Assembly: GCA_963845065.1 (NCBI GenBank)
Contig: CAWJQQ010000008.1
Coordinates: 320,001 to 384,000, forward strand
DNA: 64,000 bases
Origin: Nitrospirota bacterium
Lineage (GTDB): Bacteria; Nitrospirota; UBA9217
Reading direction: 5' to 3'
Positions within the stretch are counted from its first letter, which is position 1, and each line of letters opens with the position of its first letter. The notes under the pieces were generated by a model that did not search any database, was not told the DNA's origin, and saw only the letters and a program-made list of their open reading frames with translations. Position numbers and translations under genes: made by a program. Shown piece after piece: positions 29,449 through 40,080 of this stretch.

Positions 29449-30648
29449 GTGATTACAATTTCTGCGGATGATTCACTAACGGACAAAAAAGACGTCATTG
29501 TCATCGGTGCCGGTGCAGGTGGCCTCCTGTGCGCAATCGAATGCGGCAAGCGAGGCCGCTCGGTGCTCGTGATGGATCACAATGACCGGGCAGGGGCGAA
29601 GGTCCGCATCTCCGGCGGCGGGCGGAGCAATTTTACGAACCTCAACATGACGGCGGATCACTATTTCTCACAAAACCCTCATTTCTGCAAATCCGCTCTT
29701 GCCCGGTTCACACCCCAGGACTTTCTATCCCTTGTTGAAAAGTATCATATCGCGTATTATGAAAAAGAAGCGGGCCAAATCTTCTGCGTCAGGAGCGCCC
29801 GCGAAATCATCGAAATGCTTGAGACGGAAGGTAAAAATGCCGGCGTTGAGATACGGCTCAAATGTTCTATCATGGATATAAAGCAAAATGAGCGTTTTCT
29901 GATCAAGACGAGCGAGGGGGTATTCTCGTCCGAGTCACTCGTCATCGCCACCGGCGGGCTATCGTACCCCAGCCTCGGTGCAAGCCGATTTGGCCATGAC
30001 GTTGCCCGGCAATTCGGTATCAAGGTCACCCAGATCAGGCCAGCCCTGGTTCCTTTCGTGTTCGCGGGGGAGGACCAGAAGCTCTTTAAGACCTTGGCGG
30101 GAGTTTCGCTTGATGCGGCAATATCCTGCGGCAGGAAACAATTTCGCGGAAACATTCTATTCACGCACCGCGGGTTGAGTGGTCCGGCAGCACTGCAGGC
30201 TTCACTCCATTGGGAATCGAAGGGGCTATTGAAGATTGATCTACTTCCTGATACTGATATCTTTGCTGCCTTCGTATCCAGGCGACAAAGCAGGGTAGAG
30301 ATGCGTAGCCTCCTTGCTGAATACATTCCAAAACGCTTTGTCCAAGTGTGGTGCGACCACAATCTCATTTTAAAGCCAATCAATGAATCGTCTGATAAGG
30401 AACTCAAAGAAATCGCGAACCAGTTGCATGCGTGGTCGGTCATCCCCAAAGGAACCGAGGGGTATGAAACAGCCGAGGTGACCGCGGGAGGCGTGAATAC
30501 AGATGCGCTCTCCTCAAAGACTATGGAAGCGAATGAGACACCAGGACTTTATTTTATCGGCGAGGTCGTTGACGTGACCGGAGAACTCGGGGGATACAAC
30601 CTTCACTGGGCCTGGGCATCGGGGTACGTTGCCGGGCAAAATGCGTGA
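29449..30648 (+). CDS. HI0933/YhiN/BaiN-family flavoprotein
   Basis: VIGAGAGG, KVRISGGGRSNFTN, ATGGLSYP, LFTHRGLSGPA, VTAGGV, GGYNLHWAWASG. Confidence 0.93.
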   Translation: MITISADDSLTDKKDVIVIGAGAGGLLCAIECGKRGRSVLVMDHNDRAGAKVRISGGGRSNFTNLNMTADHYFSQNPHFCKSALARFTPQDFLSLVEKYHIAYYEKEAGQIFCVRSAREIIEMLETEGKNAGVEIRLKCSIMDIKQNERFLIKTSEGVFSSESLVIATGGLSYPSLGASRFGHDVARQFGIKVTQIRPALVPFVFAGEDQKLFKTLAGVSLDAAISCGRKQFRGNILFTHRGLSGPAALQASLHWESKGLLKIDLLPDTDIFAAFVSRRQSRVEMRSLLAEYIPKRFVQVWCDHNLILKPINESSDKELKEIANQLHAWSVIPKGTEGYETAEVTAGGVNTDALSSKTMEANETPGLYFIGEVVDVTGELGGYNLHWAWASGYVAGQNA

Positions 30649-30981
30649 AGCGCTTTTCGGGAGACAAAAGTTCACAGGAGACGGTCATGTCATGTTTTTT
30701 TCTATCATGGAAAAACATCCACGATTGTCCGACAGAGGTTTATATTATTCAGTTGACCATCGAGGTCCCGCTGTCCATATAAGAGACTTTTGGTTGCTAT
30801 CTCTTGAAAACGGAAACCAAGTAAATTTCAGAAAAAACCTCAGAGACTGATCAAATTATTGCCATTTTCCTTAATATAACGCCTCAACCATCCAGCGAAC
30901 CTACGCAATCACATCATCGCGGCGTCCAGACGAACATTGCGGCCTGCAGTTCTGTGCTATGCTTATAAAAAAGAGCCTAGC

Positions 30982-31698
30982 ATGAACCGCAGAATCCTCG
31001 TCATCGAAGACGATAAAGACATTGCTGGCCTCGTGGAACTCCACCTTAGGGATTCGGGGTACGACGTAGTTGTGGCCCGCGACGGAATGTCCGGCCTCGA
31101 GGCAGCCCTTGCGAAAACATTCGACCTGATCATCCTTGACCTCTTGCTTCCGGTGATGGATGGGATGGAGATATGTCGCCGTGTACGGGCTCGTCCTTCG
31201 TACACGCCGATCTTGATGCTTACCTCACGCTCATCCGAGGTTGACCGCGTTCTCGGTCTTGAGATGGGTGCTGATGACTACCTGACCAAGCCATTCAGTA
31301 TTCCGGAGCTTCTGGCGCGGGTGAAAGCATTGTTCCGTCGCGAACAGGCGATCAGGTCTGAAGCTTCACCTGAATCACAAATAATAGAGGCTGGCCAACT
31401 TGTAATCGATGTGGGAAAACGTAAGGTTACGATCAACGGCAAAGAGATATCTCTGACTGCAAAGGAATTTGATCTCCTCCTGAAGTTTGTACGGCATCCC
31501 GGCCACGTCTATTCAAGGATCGAACTTCTTAATCAAGTTTGGGGATATGGGTACGAAGGTTATGAACATACGGTCAATTCCCACATTAACCGCCTGAGAG
31601 CCAAAATCGAGGAAGATCCTGCAAGTCCGCGCTATGTGCTGAGTGTTCGGGGAATAGGATACAAATTTACCGATCTTGACGAAATCAATAAAAGGTAG
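30982..31698 (+). CDS. OmpR/PhoB-family response regulator
   Basis: ILVIEDD...ILDLLLP...[10 protein letters not shown]...[14 protein letters not shown]...VRGIGYKF. Confidence 0.95.
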   Translation: MNRRILVIEDDKDIAGLVELHLRDSGYDVVVARDGMSGLEAALAKTFDLIILDLLLPVMDGMEICRRVRARPSYTPILMLTSRSSEVDRVLGLEMGADDYLTKPFSIPELLARVKALFRREQAIRSEASPESQIIEAGQLVIDVGKRKVTINGKEISLTAKEFDLLLKFVRHPGHVYSRIELLNQVWGYGYEGYEHTVNSHINRLRAKIEEDPASPRYVLSVRGIGYKFTDLDEINKR

Positions 31699-31701
31699 CG
31701 C

Positions 31702-33186
31702 ATGGTCAAAAATCTTTACAAGCGTCTGGCTGCCGTCTTACTTGCCCTGTTTCTCCTCATAGGCGTTCTGTACATTGCCCTGACGGTCTATACAACCCGC
31801 CTTTATTTCCAGGAGGTAAACCAGAAGCTTAACCGTATTTTGGCCCAGCATCTGGTCTCGGAAAACATCCTGCTCAAAGACGGTAGGGTCGATAATAAGG
31901 CCCTACAGAATATCTTTCACATGCTCATGGTTGTAAACCCGGTGATCGAGGTGTACCTTCTGGACACAAAGGGGACCATCTTGTCATATTCGGCGCCGCC
32001 AGGAAAAGTAAAACGGCAATTCGTTTCCCTGGATCCCATCAAGCGGCTTCTAAGCGGAAGGTCGTCTCTCCCTGTGCTGGGCGATGATCCGCGAGACCTG
32101 CACCAGGAAAAAATATTTTCTGCCGCTCCGATTTACCGCGGTGGCCGCATTGAGGGATATCTCTATATCATCCTGGGCAGTGAAGCGTTTGAGACCGAAG
32201 CAGAGATGCTTCAAGGCAGTTACATTCTCCGCTTGAGTATCTGGGCCGTGGCGGGGGGTCTATTGTTCGCGCTCCTTGCCGCACTGCTCCTCTTTAGCCG
32301 CATGACCAGGCCGCTCCGGCAGCTCGCAGTTCACATGGAGAATTTTCGGAAAGGCGGATTTGCCGAACCCCCACATCTGCCGGAGGGGCTCCGCGATCTT
32401 CCTGATGATGAAATTGCCAGAATCTCCTCCATATTCATGCAGATGGCGGATCGGATCTCTGACCAGATCAAGGGCCTGAAGGAAGCTGACCGGCTTCGCA
32501 GGGAATTTATCGCCAACATCGCTCACGATCTCAGAACCCCGCTCACCTCTCTGCAGGGGTATCTGGAAACCCTGCTCATGAAACTTGGCCGGCTCACGGA
32601 CGACGAACAGCGAAATTACCTTGCCACGGCCGTAAAACATTCTGAGCGGCTGGGGAAGCTGGTTGAGGCGCTTTTCGAACTTGCGAAACTGGACTCGCCT
32701 GACGTCCAGATCCGTCCTGAGCCCTTCTCGCTTGACGAACTCATCCAAGACATCCTGCAGAAATTTCGGCTCGCAGCTGATCAGAAGCGAGTCTCCCTCA
32801 ACATGGATATTGCGAACGATTTACCGCACGTTAATGCAGATATAGGGCTCATCGAACGTGTGTTCGAGAACCTGATTGATAACGCCCTCCGGTATACTCC
32901 AGCCGGTGGTGCAATTTATATCCGAGCCGATCGTGATCAAGATCGTGTCAGCGTACGAGTTTCAGATACGGGCACCGGGATCGCACAGGATAGTATTCCT
33001 CATCTCTTTGACCGTTACTACCGCGGGGATCGCAGCCGCAAGGATCTTAATGCGGGCTCAGGCCTTGGGCTTATCATTACGAAACGTATCCTGGAACTGC
33101 ATGGAAGCGATGTGGCGGTTACCAGCATGGTCACTAGCGGAACCACTTTCGTATTCAGCCTTCCGGTCTCCCGCACTACGCCATGA
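31702..33186 (+). CDS. HAMP sensor histidine kinase (OmpR partner)
   Basis: IAHDLRTPLT, NLIDNALRY, DTGTG, GSGLGL. Confidence 0.94.
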   Translation: MVKNLYKRLAAVLLALFLLIGVLYIALTVYTTRLYFQEVNQKLNRILAQHLVSENILLKDGRVDNKALQNIFHMLMVVNPVIEVYLLDTKGTILSYSAPPGKVKRQFVSLDPIKRLLSGRSSLPVLGDDPRDLHQEKIFSAAPIYRGGRIEGYLYIILGSEAFETEAEMLQGSYILRLSIWAVAGGLLFALLAALLLFSRMTRPLRQLAVHMENFRKGGFAEPPHLPEGLRDLPDDEIARISSIFMQMADRISDQIKGLKEADRLRREFIANIAHDLRTPLTSLQGYLETLLMKLGRLTDDEQRNYLATAVKHSERLGKLVEALFELAKLDSPDVQIRPEPFSLDELIQDILQKFRLAADQKRVSLNMDIANDLPHVNADIGLIERVFENLIDNALRYTPAGGAIYIRADRDQDRVSVRVSDTGTGIAQDSIPHLFDRYYRGDRSRKDLNAGSGLGLIITKRILELHGSDVAVTSMVTSGTTFVFSLPVSRTTP

Positions 33187-33233
33187 GCGCAAGGCTTGCC
33201 TGATTGTATCAACCTTTAGTCATCCTATCCTCT

Positions 33234-33282
33234 GTGACGAACATGTTATTTCTCTGTGACCTTGTCGTGATCATCGTGTGGT
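33234..33282 (+). promoter_or_regulatory. Five GTGAY-like direct repeats at 11-bp period (probable OmpR-family operator)
   Basis: GTGAC 33234, GTTAT 33245, GTGAC 33256, GTGAT 33267, GTGGT 33278. Confidence 0.65.
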
Positions 33283-33333
33283 ATTTTATGATCAGTCGGA
33301 GGGAAATAACAGGATACAAAGCGGAGGTGCTCC

Positions 33334-33681
33334 ATGCGAAAGAAGTCTACCATACTATGGTTGGGCATCGTCGTCCTTGTTCTCTACGGAATCATGCATT
33401 ATGGATTGGGGATGGGTAGTCCATTGCCGTTCATGTTGATGAGTAATGACTCTGCTGTAGCCCAGGAAGCGGGCACGGCAAAAGTTGTCTTTGCAGTTCA
33501 CTGTTACGATGAGGGTAGTAACGCACTAATGGGGATGAAGGGAATACTAAAGGTTGAACGAGGATTCCGGAATTTTCGGGAGATCAATACAGTTTATTAT
33601 GATCCTAACGTAATCACGATAGAGGAGATGGAAAAAGCCTTGAAAAATGTCGGGACATATAAGGAAACTATCCGGGAATAA
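33334..33681 (+). CDS. Membrane-anchored HMA/ferredoxin-like single-Cys protein
   Basis: N-terminal TM; FAVHCYDEG...KGILKV...VYYDPNVITIEEMEKALK; GGAGG RBS. Confidence 0.65.
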   Translation: MRKKSTILWLGIVVLVLYGIMHYGLGMGSPLPFMLMSNDSAVAQEAGTAKVVFAVHCYDEGSNALMGMKGILKVERGFRNFREINTVYYDPNVITIEEMEKALKNVGTYKETIRE

Positions 33682-33751
33682 TCGTGCAATGAAGATATTC
33701 AGAATGGAGTTTCAAAGAAGTATAATATAGGGAGAAAGTGAGGGTATCGTT

Positions 33752-34864
33752 ATGATATACAGAATCATTCTCGGAACGTTGTTAATCTTGCCGCTCATGG
33801 CAATGAATGTTAATGCGGTTTCAAAGCAGGGGGGAAGCAATATGGACCATATGGATAAGGCCACATTTGCGGGCGGCTGCTTTTGGTGTATGACACCGCC
33901 CTTCGAAAAGTTGGACGGAGTGAAAGAAGTGATTTCCGGATATACCGGAGGCCACACGGTCAATCCAACCTATGAAGACGTGACTTCGGAGACGACGGGC
34001 CATATGGAATCCGTTGAGGTTATTTACGATCCGTCAAAAATAAGCTACGAGCAACTACTCGATGTATTCTGGAGGCAGATCAACCCGACTGATGCGGGTG
34101 GCCAGTTTGTGGACCGTGGACCATCGTACAGGACCGCTATATTTTACCATAACGAGGAGCAGAAGCGGCTTGCCGAGGAATCGAAAAAGAAGCTTGCACA
34201 GTCTGGACGATTCGACAAACCGATTGTGACCGAGATTCTGCCCGCGGGCCCCTTCTATAAGGCTGAGGAGTATCATCAGGACTATTGGAAGAAAAACCCC
34301 ATCCGGTATAAATTCTACCGCTATAATGCGGGACGCGATCAGTATCTTGAAAAGATCTGGGGCAAGGAGAAGGAGAAACCGATGCAGACATCAATGACTG
34401 ATCCACCAATGTCTTATGATGCGTATGTGAAACCCAGTAAGGATGAGTTGAAGAAGCGCCTCACACCCATGCAGTTCCAGGTTACGCAGGAGGAAGGAAC
34501 AGAGCCTCCCTTTAATAATGAATACGCGGACAATCATAGACCCGGCATCTACGTCGACATCGTATCAGGCGAGCCCTTATTCAGCTCGCTCGACAAATAC
34601 GATTCCGGCACAGGATGGCCGAGCTTTACCAAGCCGCTCGAATCGGGCAATGTTGTTACTAAGGAGGACAGGACGTGGTATCTCGCGGTCAGGACCGAGG
34701 TCAGAAGTAAACACGCTGATTCGCACCTGGGCCATGTGTTCGATGACGGTCCTGCTCCTACTCACCTGCGATATTGCATGAATTCAGCGGCTCTCAGGTT
34801 CATTCCGAAGGAAGATCTGGTAAAGGATGGCTATGGGAAGTATGCCAAGCTGTTTGAGAAATAG
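33752..34864 (+). CDS. msrAB: Exported bifunctional methionine sulfoxide reductase
   Basis: Signal peptide; MsrA FAGGCFWC...AEEYHQDY; Msr[12 protein letters not shown]...HLGHVF.DGP...RYCMNS. Confidence 0.95.
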   Translation: MIYRIILGTLLILPLMAMNVNAVSKQGGSNMDHMDKATFAGGCFWCMTPPFEKLDGVKEVISGYTGGHTVNPTYEDVTSETTGHMESVEVIYDPSKISYEQLLDVFWRQINPTDAGGQFVDRGPSYRTAIFYHNEEQKRLAEESKKKLAQSGRFDKPIVTEILPAGPFYKAEEYHQDYWKKNPIRYKFYRYNAGRDQYLEKIWGKEKEKPMQTSMTDPPMSYDAYVKPSKDELKKRLTPMQFQVTQEEGTEPPFNNEYADNHRPGIYVDIVSGEPLFSSLDKYDSGTGWPSFTKPLESGNVVTKEDRTWYLAVRTEVRSKHADSHLGHVFDDGPAPTHLRYCMNSAALRFIPKEDLVKDGYGKYAKLFEK

Positions 34865-34904
34865 CCATTGACGAAAGCATGCATTGTGCTGGAAGATAAA
34901 CTAT

Positions 34905-35066
34905 CGCCGCAGAGGCTAAGAGACATGGTGGAAAGCGGAAAAACATTAACACTGAACATGATTGTATTGAATCCGTTTCGTTTACCCGGGTAGATTACGA
35001 ATAATTTGTGGATATCCGTTTTTCAATATAAAGTACTTTCCCTGTGCCTCAGCGCCTCCGTGGTAA
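34905..35066. repeat. REP/MITE-like element with degenerate terminal inverted repeats
   Basis: CGCCGCAGAGGCTAAGAGACATGG versus the reverse complement of CCTGTGCCTCAGCGCCTCCGTGGT, between convergent genes. Confidence 0.45.
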
Positions 35067-35116
35067 GTAACTTTTCCCGTGTGAAAACATGAAAGAGCCG
35101 ATACCTCAGCTGAATA

Positions 35117-35812
35117 TTACACCATGGCGGCGAGGTCGGTGATTGTTTTAACTATGTGATCAGCTGTAAACCCGAGTTCCTCGGGCGGTTCTCCCTGACT
35201 ACGCAGGATCCAGAAGGTGGCCAGTCCGGCGGATGCTGCACCGTTGATGTCCCACGAGTTTGAAGATACAAAACCCAATTCGGCGTGACTAACCTTCATT
35301 CTTCCGGGGCCAAGGTTATATACCTGGGGGCTTGGTTTATAGATCCCGACTTCCTCGACACTGAAAATTCCATCTAGGAGACTGGACAGACCGCCATTTT
35401 TCACCGCTGCTTCCAACATTTTTGGTTCGCCATTTGACAGAATGGCAAGATGCAGGCCCTTATTCTTCAGAGCGACCAGCCCAGGCATGACATCGGGAAA
35501 TACGGCGAGACTTAGATAGGCTTCCATTAAACGCTTGCGCGTTTCGGGAGTTACATCCAGCTGTAGGCTTTTTGCAGCATAAACGAGCCCATCCTCGGTT
35601 AACTTCCAAAAATCTCTGTGACGACCCATCAGGCTACGCAAGAGACTGTACTGCAGTTGTTTTACTCGCCAGAGTTGAGCCAAGGCATTTCCTCGGCCGG
35701 GGAATAGCTGTTCACACAATGCAGTCACTGAAAAAACATCGAATATTGTTCCGTACGCATCGAAAGCAAATGCCTTTATATTATTTATGCTGGAAGATTC
35801 TGCGTGTTCCAT
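35117..35812 (-). CDS. Haloacid dehalogenase type II (HAD)
   Basis: FDAYGTIFDV, WRVKQLQYS, ILSNG, YKPSP, FVSSNSWDINGA. ORF is open to 35863. Confidence 0.92.
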   Translation of the reverse strand: MEHAESSSINNIKAFAFDAYGTIFDVFSVTALCEQLFPGRGNALAQLWRVKQLQYSLLRSLMGRHRDFWKLTEDGLVYAAKSLQLDVTPETRKRLMEAYLSLAVFPDVMPGLVALKNKGLHLAILSNGEPKMLEAAVKNGGLSSLLDGIFSVEEVGIYKPSPQVYNLGPGRMKVSHAELGFVSSNSWDINGAASAGLATFWILRSQGEPPEELGFTADHIVKTITDLAAMV

Positions 35813-36502
35813 GTCTCGTATCTCTTTCTGTTTGATCGCATTATAATAAACAATGAAGTTCAATTTGTCGTACTATGGCAGCTTAGACCATCATATCTAA
35901 CAGTGTACCATAATGATTATGAGGTATTGCCTTATTTTTTCTGAATATAGCGTGAAAAGAATTCACATATGTAATCTGCATAGGTTGCGGGAGCGGGCGC
36001 ATTGGGCGTCGAAATTCGATTAATCGGCACAGTCACACCAAGAAATGTGCGACCTGTTTGCTTGCGCTTCGTAACAGATGTAAAGCACTCAAAAGGTAAT
36101 TTAATACGTCTTTAGTACTATTATAAATGTATTCTTAATCGGTTACTTTTTGTATCTTCCTCTACGATGTCTAATTACTTTTTGTTACGTATTTTTAATG
36201 GTGTGGACATCGCATAATTGATTTTTAGAGTGAGGTTTTCCAAAAAATGCTAAGTGCCTATTTATTAATGTGTAATTTTATGTAAACTAAAATTTTATCC
36301 AGTACTCGTTTTTTTCATGTAAAAATCTAAATAAAAAAATAAAAGATAAAAAAACATATTGATTTCATTAAAATTAAAAATTGCTTTGCTACTGCAGATC
36401 AATAAAAGTCTGTTTAAACTTTGTGCAACAATTAATGCATAAATGAGTAAACGTTCCTCAGCTCACTAGCTGATAATGTCTTTCAGCGCTTTTCTAGAAA
36501 AA

Positions 36503-36519
36503 TTGGTATCTATCTTGCT
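36503..36519 (+). promoter_or_regulatory. Sigma-54 -24/-12 promoter
   Basis: TTGGTATCTATCTTGCT with GG-N10-GC spacing; AT-rich upstream region. Confidence 0.65.
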
Positions 36520-36566
36520 ATTTTTTAGGCATGCATTCCACTGTAAAGGCGAAGAACGGCGGCAAT

Positions 36567-38465
36567 GTGATTCTGGAAGACATTATTGTCTTTCTGAAGA
36601 AGGTGCCGCCATTCCAATTTCTTGACAGTGAAAAACTGCAATCCGTGGCACATAACATGTCACTGGAGTTCTATCCCAAGGACACAGTGATTCTGAAACA
36701 GAACGAGCCACCGAGCGACGCCCTTCGCATAATTAAAAAGGGTGGCGTGAAAGTATCGATGCTGTCAGAGAGCAGAGATGAGGTTGTGATCGATTACCGC
36801 GGCGAAGGCGATACCTTCGGCTTCCTGTCGATGGTCGGCAAGGACCGCATCCGGTCGAACGTTACGGCCGTGGACGATACGCTCTGTTACTTGCTGGGCA
36901 AGGAGATGCTTCAAAAGCTCCTCGATACACAACCCTCCTTCACTGAATACTTCCTGAAGTCGCACATCACCAGATACATCGACCATACCTATAAAGAGAT
37001 GCAAGACAAGAGCATGTTCTACGGAGGGAGCGACCGGCTACTGTTCACGACCCGTGTTGGCGACACGGCGATCAAGGATGTGGTATCCGCACGGGAGAAC
37101 ACCTCGATCCGCGAGACTGCGCTAATCATGTCCGAACACCGGATCAGCTCGATCGTCGTCATGAATGCCGACAATCTTCCGACGGGAATAGTCACTGACC
37201 GTGACCTTCGCGAGAAGGTGGTGGCACGAGGGAGGGATGTCAGGGAGCCGATAAGGAATATTATGAGCACTACTCTCATCCGGGTTGATGCTCGCGACTA
37301 TTGCTTCGAGGCCGTGCTCAAGATGCTCAAGTACAATATTCACCACATCCTTGTTGTGAAGGAGGGCAGCCTTGCAGGGGTAATCACGAACCACGACCTC
37401 ATGCTGCTGCAGGGCACGTCTCCGCTTTCGCTCACCAAGGATATCGAGTACCAGCAGTCCATCGAAGGGCTCATCCTGGTATCGAAGAAAATCAATGGCA
37501 TCATCGGTCTTCTCCTGAAGGAGGGTGCGCGGGCGAGCAATATAACCAAGGTCATCACCGAGATCAGTGATCGGCTTGTCCGGAAGATCCTGGAAATCGC
37601 AGAACGAAAGCTCGGCCAGCCGCCGGTTGCCTATTGTTGGATCGTGTTCGGGAGCGAGGGACGGAAGGAACAGACGTTTAATACCGACCAGGACAATGCG
37701 ATTATCTACTCCGATCCGGTCACGGAGGACGAGTCAGAAAAGGCCAAGAAGTATTTTGGCCGTTTTGCCGAATACGTCCGGGACGGACTTCTCCTGTGCG
37801 GCTATCCGCTCTGCTCTGCCGATTATATGGCTACCAACGCCCAGTGGCGCCAGCCGCTCAGCACCTGGAAAAAATATTTAATGAGCTGGATCTCGATGCC
37901 GACGCCCGAGGCAGTCCTCAACTCGGTAGCGTTCTTCGATTTCCGCTTCATAGCGGGCGAAGCAGCGCTTGCCGAAGATCTCCGGGATTATTTGAACGAT
38001 CAGCTGAATGACCAGGAAGTGTTTTTCCGGCACTTGGCCAACCAGGCGATCCAAAACCGTCCTCCCATCGGTTTTTTCAAGTCCTTCGTTGTTGAAAAAG
38101 AGGGAGAGCATAAGGACGAATTGAACCTTAAGATAAAAAGCATCGCGCCCCTCGTTGATCTGGTTCGGCTGTTGGCGCTCGAAAAAGGGATCCGTGAGAC
38201 GTCCACCCGCGAGCGTATCGAGAAGCTCAAAACTTCTCATTTGATCGTTCAGAAATATGGAGACGAGCTCGAGCAGGCCTTCGACTTTATGATGCTCCTT
38301 CGCATCCACCACCAATTTGCCCAGATCAGCTCGGGCCGGTCCCCGGGCAACTTCATCAACCCGAACAAGCTGAGCAACCTCGAAAAGCGTTCGATCAAAG
38401 AGGCGTTCCATCTCATCTCAAAGGTCCAGAATCTTATTTTCGAAAGGTACAAGTCGCTGATATGA
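36567..38465 (+). CDS. cNMP-binding + CBS pair + DUF294 (GlnE/GlnD-like) nucleotidyltransferase
   Basis: FLKKVPPFQFL...IIKKGGV (cNMP); GIVTDRDLR (CBS); FGSEGRKEQTFNTDQDNAI; LNLK. GTG 36567 preferred over ATG 36531 given the promoter position. Confidence 0.92.
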   Translation: MILEDIIVFLKKVPPFQFLDSEKLQSVAHNMSLEFYPKDTVILKQNEPPSDALRIIKKGGVKVSMLSESRDEVVIDYRGEGDTFGFLSMVGKDRIRSNVTAVDDTLCYLLGKEMLQKLLDTQPSFTEYFLKSHITRYIDHTYKEMQDKSMFYGGSDRLLFTTRVGDTAIKDVVSARENTSIRETALIMSEHRISSIVVMNADNLPTGIVTDRDLREKVVARGRDVREPIRNIMSTTLIRVDARDYCFEAVLKMLKYNIHHILVVKEGSLAGVITNHDLMLLQGTSPLSLTKDIEYQQSIEGLILVSKKINGIIGLLLKEGARASNITKVITEISDRLVRKILEIAERKLGQPPVAYCWIVFGSEGRKEQTFNTDQDNAIIYSDPVTEDESEKAKKYFGRFAEYVRDGLLLCGYPLCSADYMATNAQWRQPLSTWKKYLMSWISMPTPEAVLNSVAFFDFRFIAGEAALAEDLRDYLNDQLNDQEVFFRHLANQAIQNRPPIGFFKSFVVEKEGEHKDELNLKIKSIAPLVDLVRLLALEKGIRETSTRERIEKLKTSHLIVQKYGDELEQAFDFMMLLRIHHQFAQISSGRSPGNFINPNKLSNLEKRSIKEAFHLISKVQNLIFERYKSLI

Positions 38466-38609
38466 TGACTGCCAAGTTCTGAATGCGGAATCCGGATGGA
38501 ACGGTGAAAAGCCGGGAGACCGGGAGGGGAACAAACCGGAAGCCGTGAGAAAAGAAGCGGAATTTCGAGTTCGAATTTTGCTTGCGGAGTGAAGGGCTGG
38601 GAAATTTAC

Positions 38610-39106
38610 AAACTCAAGCCCGAGAGCGTGGTCATTCATGAGTTTGCCCGATCGGATGTGGTTGCGTCACCGGTCATCGAAACCGTCATCGGGAGTTACA
38701 TGCTTTTTTGTCGGGACGATATCCCTGTCGGCCATTTTAACTCGGTCGACCTGATATTTCTGTCAGCGAGAAGTGGGGGCGGCAACGAAAAGATCCCGAT
38801 CGGCGTGATCATTCCCTCAGTCTTTATCAGTGGCCGCGAAATGTGCGGGGGACATCGAGAGGCCGCCTTATCACACCGTTCGACGCGGTACCGTCTTTAC
38901 GATATGATGAGGTGTTTCGGCATAGCGATAAACGGCGTCCACAACACAGTGATGGAAACCTATTCAGCGACGCAGATTTTTTAAGGGGCGCTCTGCCGCT
39001 GCTCGATCAAGCGACGGCAAAAGACATCGACGATCTGCTGGGATTGGAATGCCGTTTAAAAGGGGGTGATCGGATTGGAGCATTAGGCGACTCCAATAAT
39101 TTTTAG
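38610..39106 (+). pseudogene. Degenerate copy of the DEDDh exonuclease at 48114
   Basis: IHEFARSDV...VGHFNSVDLIFL...YRLYDMMRCFGIAINGVHN aligns to IHEITPSDV...VGHFISIDLNFL...YRLFDIAKCFDIQVNGAHN. Frameshift at about 38980, then LPLL...GGDRIGALGDSNNF versus LPLL...GGDSFKLTNEFGNF. ExoI motif is missing. Confidence 0.85.
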
Positions 39107-39410
39107 CGTCAAAAAAAAATATTAAGGAGGGGAATACGAGCAAGTTGAAAAGGAAGGCATCTTGAATGACCTGTATTTTCCAGACCTTTATGATGCGTGG
39201 TCCGGCGTGTAAGATGCGTTTCCGAAAAGCCAAGTGGCGGTAAACATGCACTCACTGTTGTGTGAGGTGCATTGAGAAGCTTCAAAACGGCAGCATAATG
39301 TTACACTGCTCGGAACGAAGGGGAGGAGAAACAGGGAATACAACTTACTATTTGAGTTATAGCGATTTCTACTCGACCGAATAAACTACTAAACAAAAAG
39401 GAGAAAGAAC

Positions 39411-39992
39411 ATGAGTGACATAAAATTGGGTAACCCTGCTGTTGTTGGTCTTGGCGGTTTCGGTATGACGACGCTTGTTTTGCAATGCCATAACCTCGGC
39501 TGGTGCGGTATTGCTCCAGTTATCTGGATCGGACTCTGCTTTGGTGGCACGGCTCAGTTGATCGCCGGATTACTTGAATTTAAAACCGGAAACAATTTCG
39601 GTTTTTGCGCCTTCACCGGGTACGGGGCATTCTGGATATCGCTCTGTCTGATGCTGATATTCGGCACGAACGGGGACCTGACAAAAAGCTTTGGGGTCCT
39701 GAAGTTCACGGGAATCGACCTGGGCTTTTACCTTGTGATGTGGACCATATTCACAATAATACTCTTCATCATTTCCATGAAACACCACACCGCCCTTGCT
39801 CTTTTATTCCTGACGCTTGTAATCGGGTTTATCGGTCTGGACCTTAAGGAACTGGCTGAAAACGCTGCTGCTGGGACCTTTGCCGCATGGGATCTGATAG
39901 TCTGCGCCGCCTTGGCACTTTACCTGATGATGGTTAACGTGGCAAGCGAATCCGGGATGAAACTGCCTGTCGGGAAACCGTGGATCGCGTAA
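39411..39992 (+). CDS. satP: Acetate channel, SatP/YaaH/GPR1 family
   Basis: LGNPAVVGLGGFGMTT, GGTAQLIAG, AFTGYGAFW. Confidence 0.9.
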   Translation: MSDIKLGNPAVVGLGGFGMTTLVLQCHNLGWCGIAPVIWIGLCFGGTAQLIAGLLEFKTGNNFGFCAFTGYGAFWISLCLMLIFGTNGDLTKSFGVLKFTGIDLGFYLVMWTIFTIILFIISMKHHTALALLFLTLVIGFIGLDLKELAENAAAGTFAAWDLIVCAALALYLMMVNVASESGMKLPVGKPWIA

Positions 39993-40080
39993 TTTTCCAT
40001 CTGGATTAAGGGGGGGGGGCCCTTTGTCTGCCCCGATCTTATAGGGCAATGCTCCGAAATCCGACAGGAGGAATATAAAA

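Noticed and set aside
38589..39106. 131-aa and 87-aa ORFs as novel proteins
   Set aside because: They are frameshifted pieces of the exonuclease pseudogene.
40009..40019. Poly-G tract as a phase-variation switch
   Set aside because: Intergenic and part of a G/C hairpin after satP; no evidence of a frame or promoter effect.
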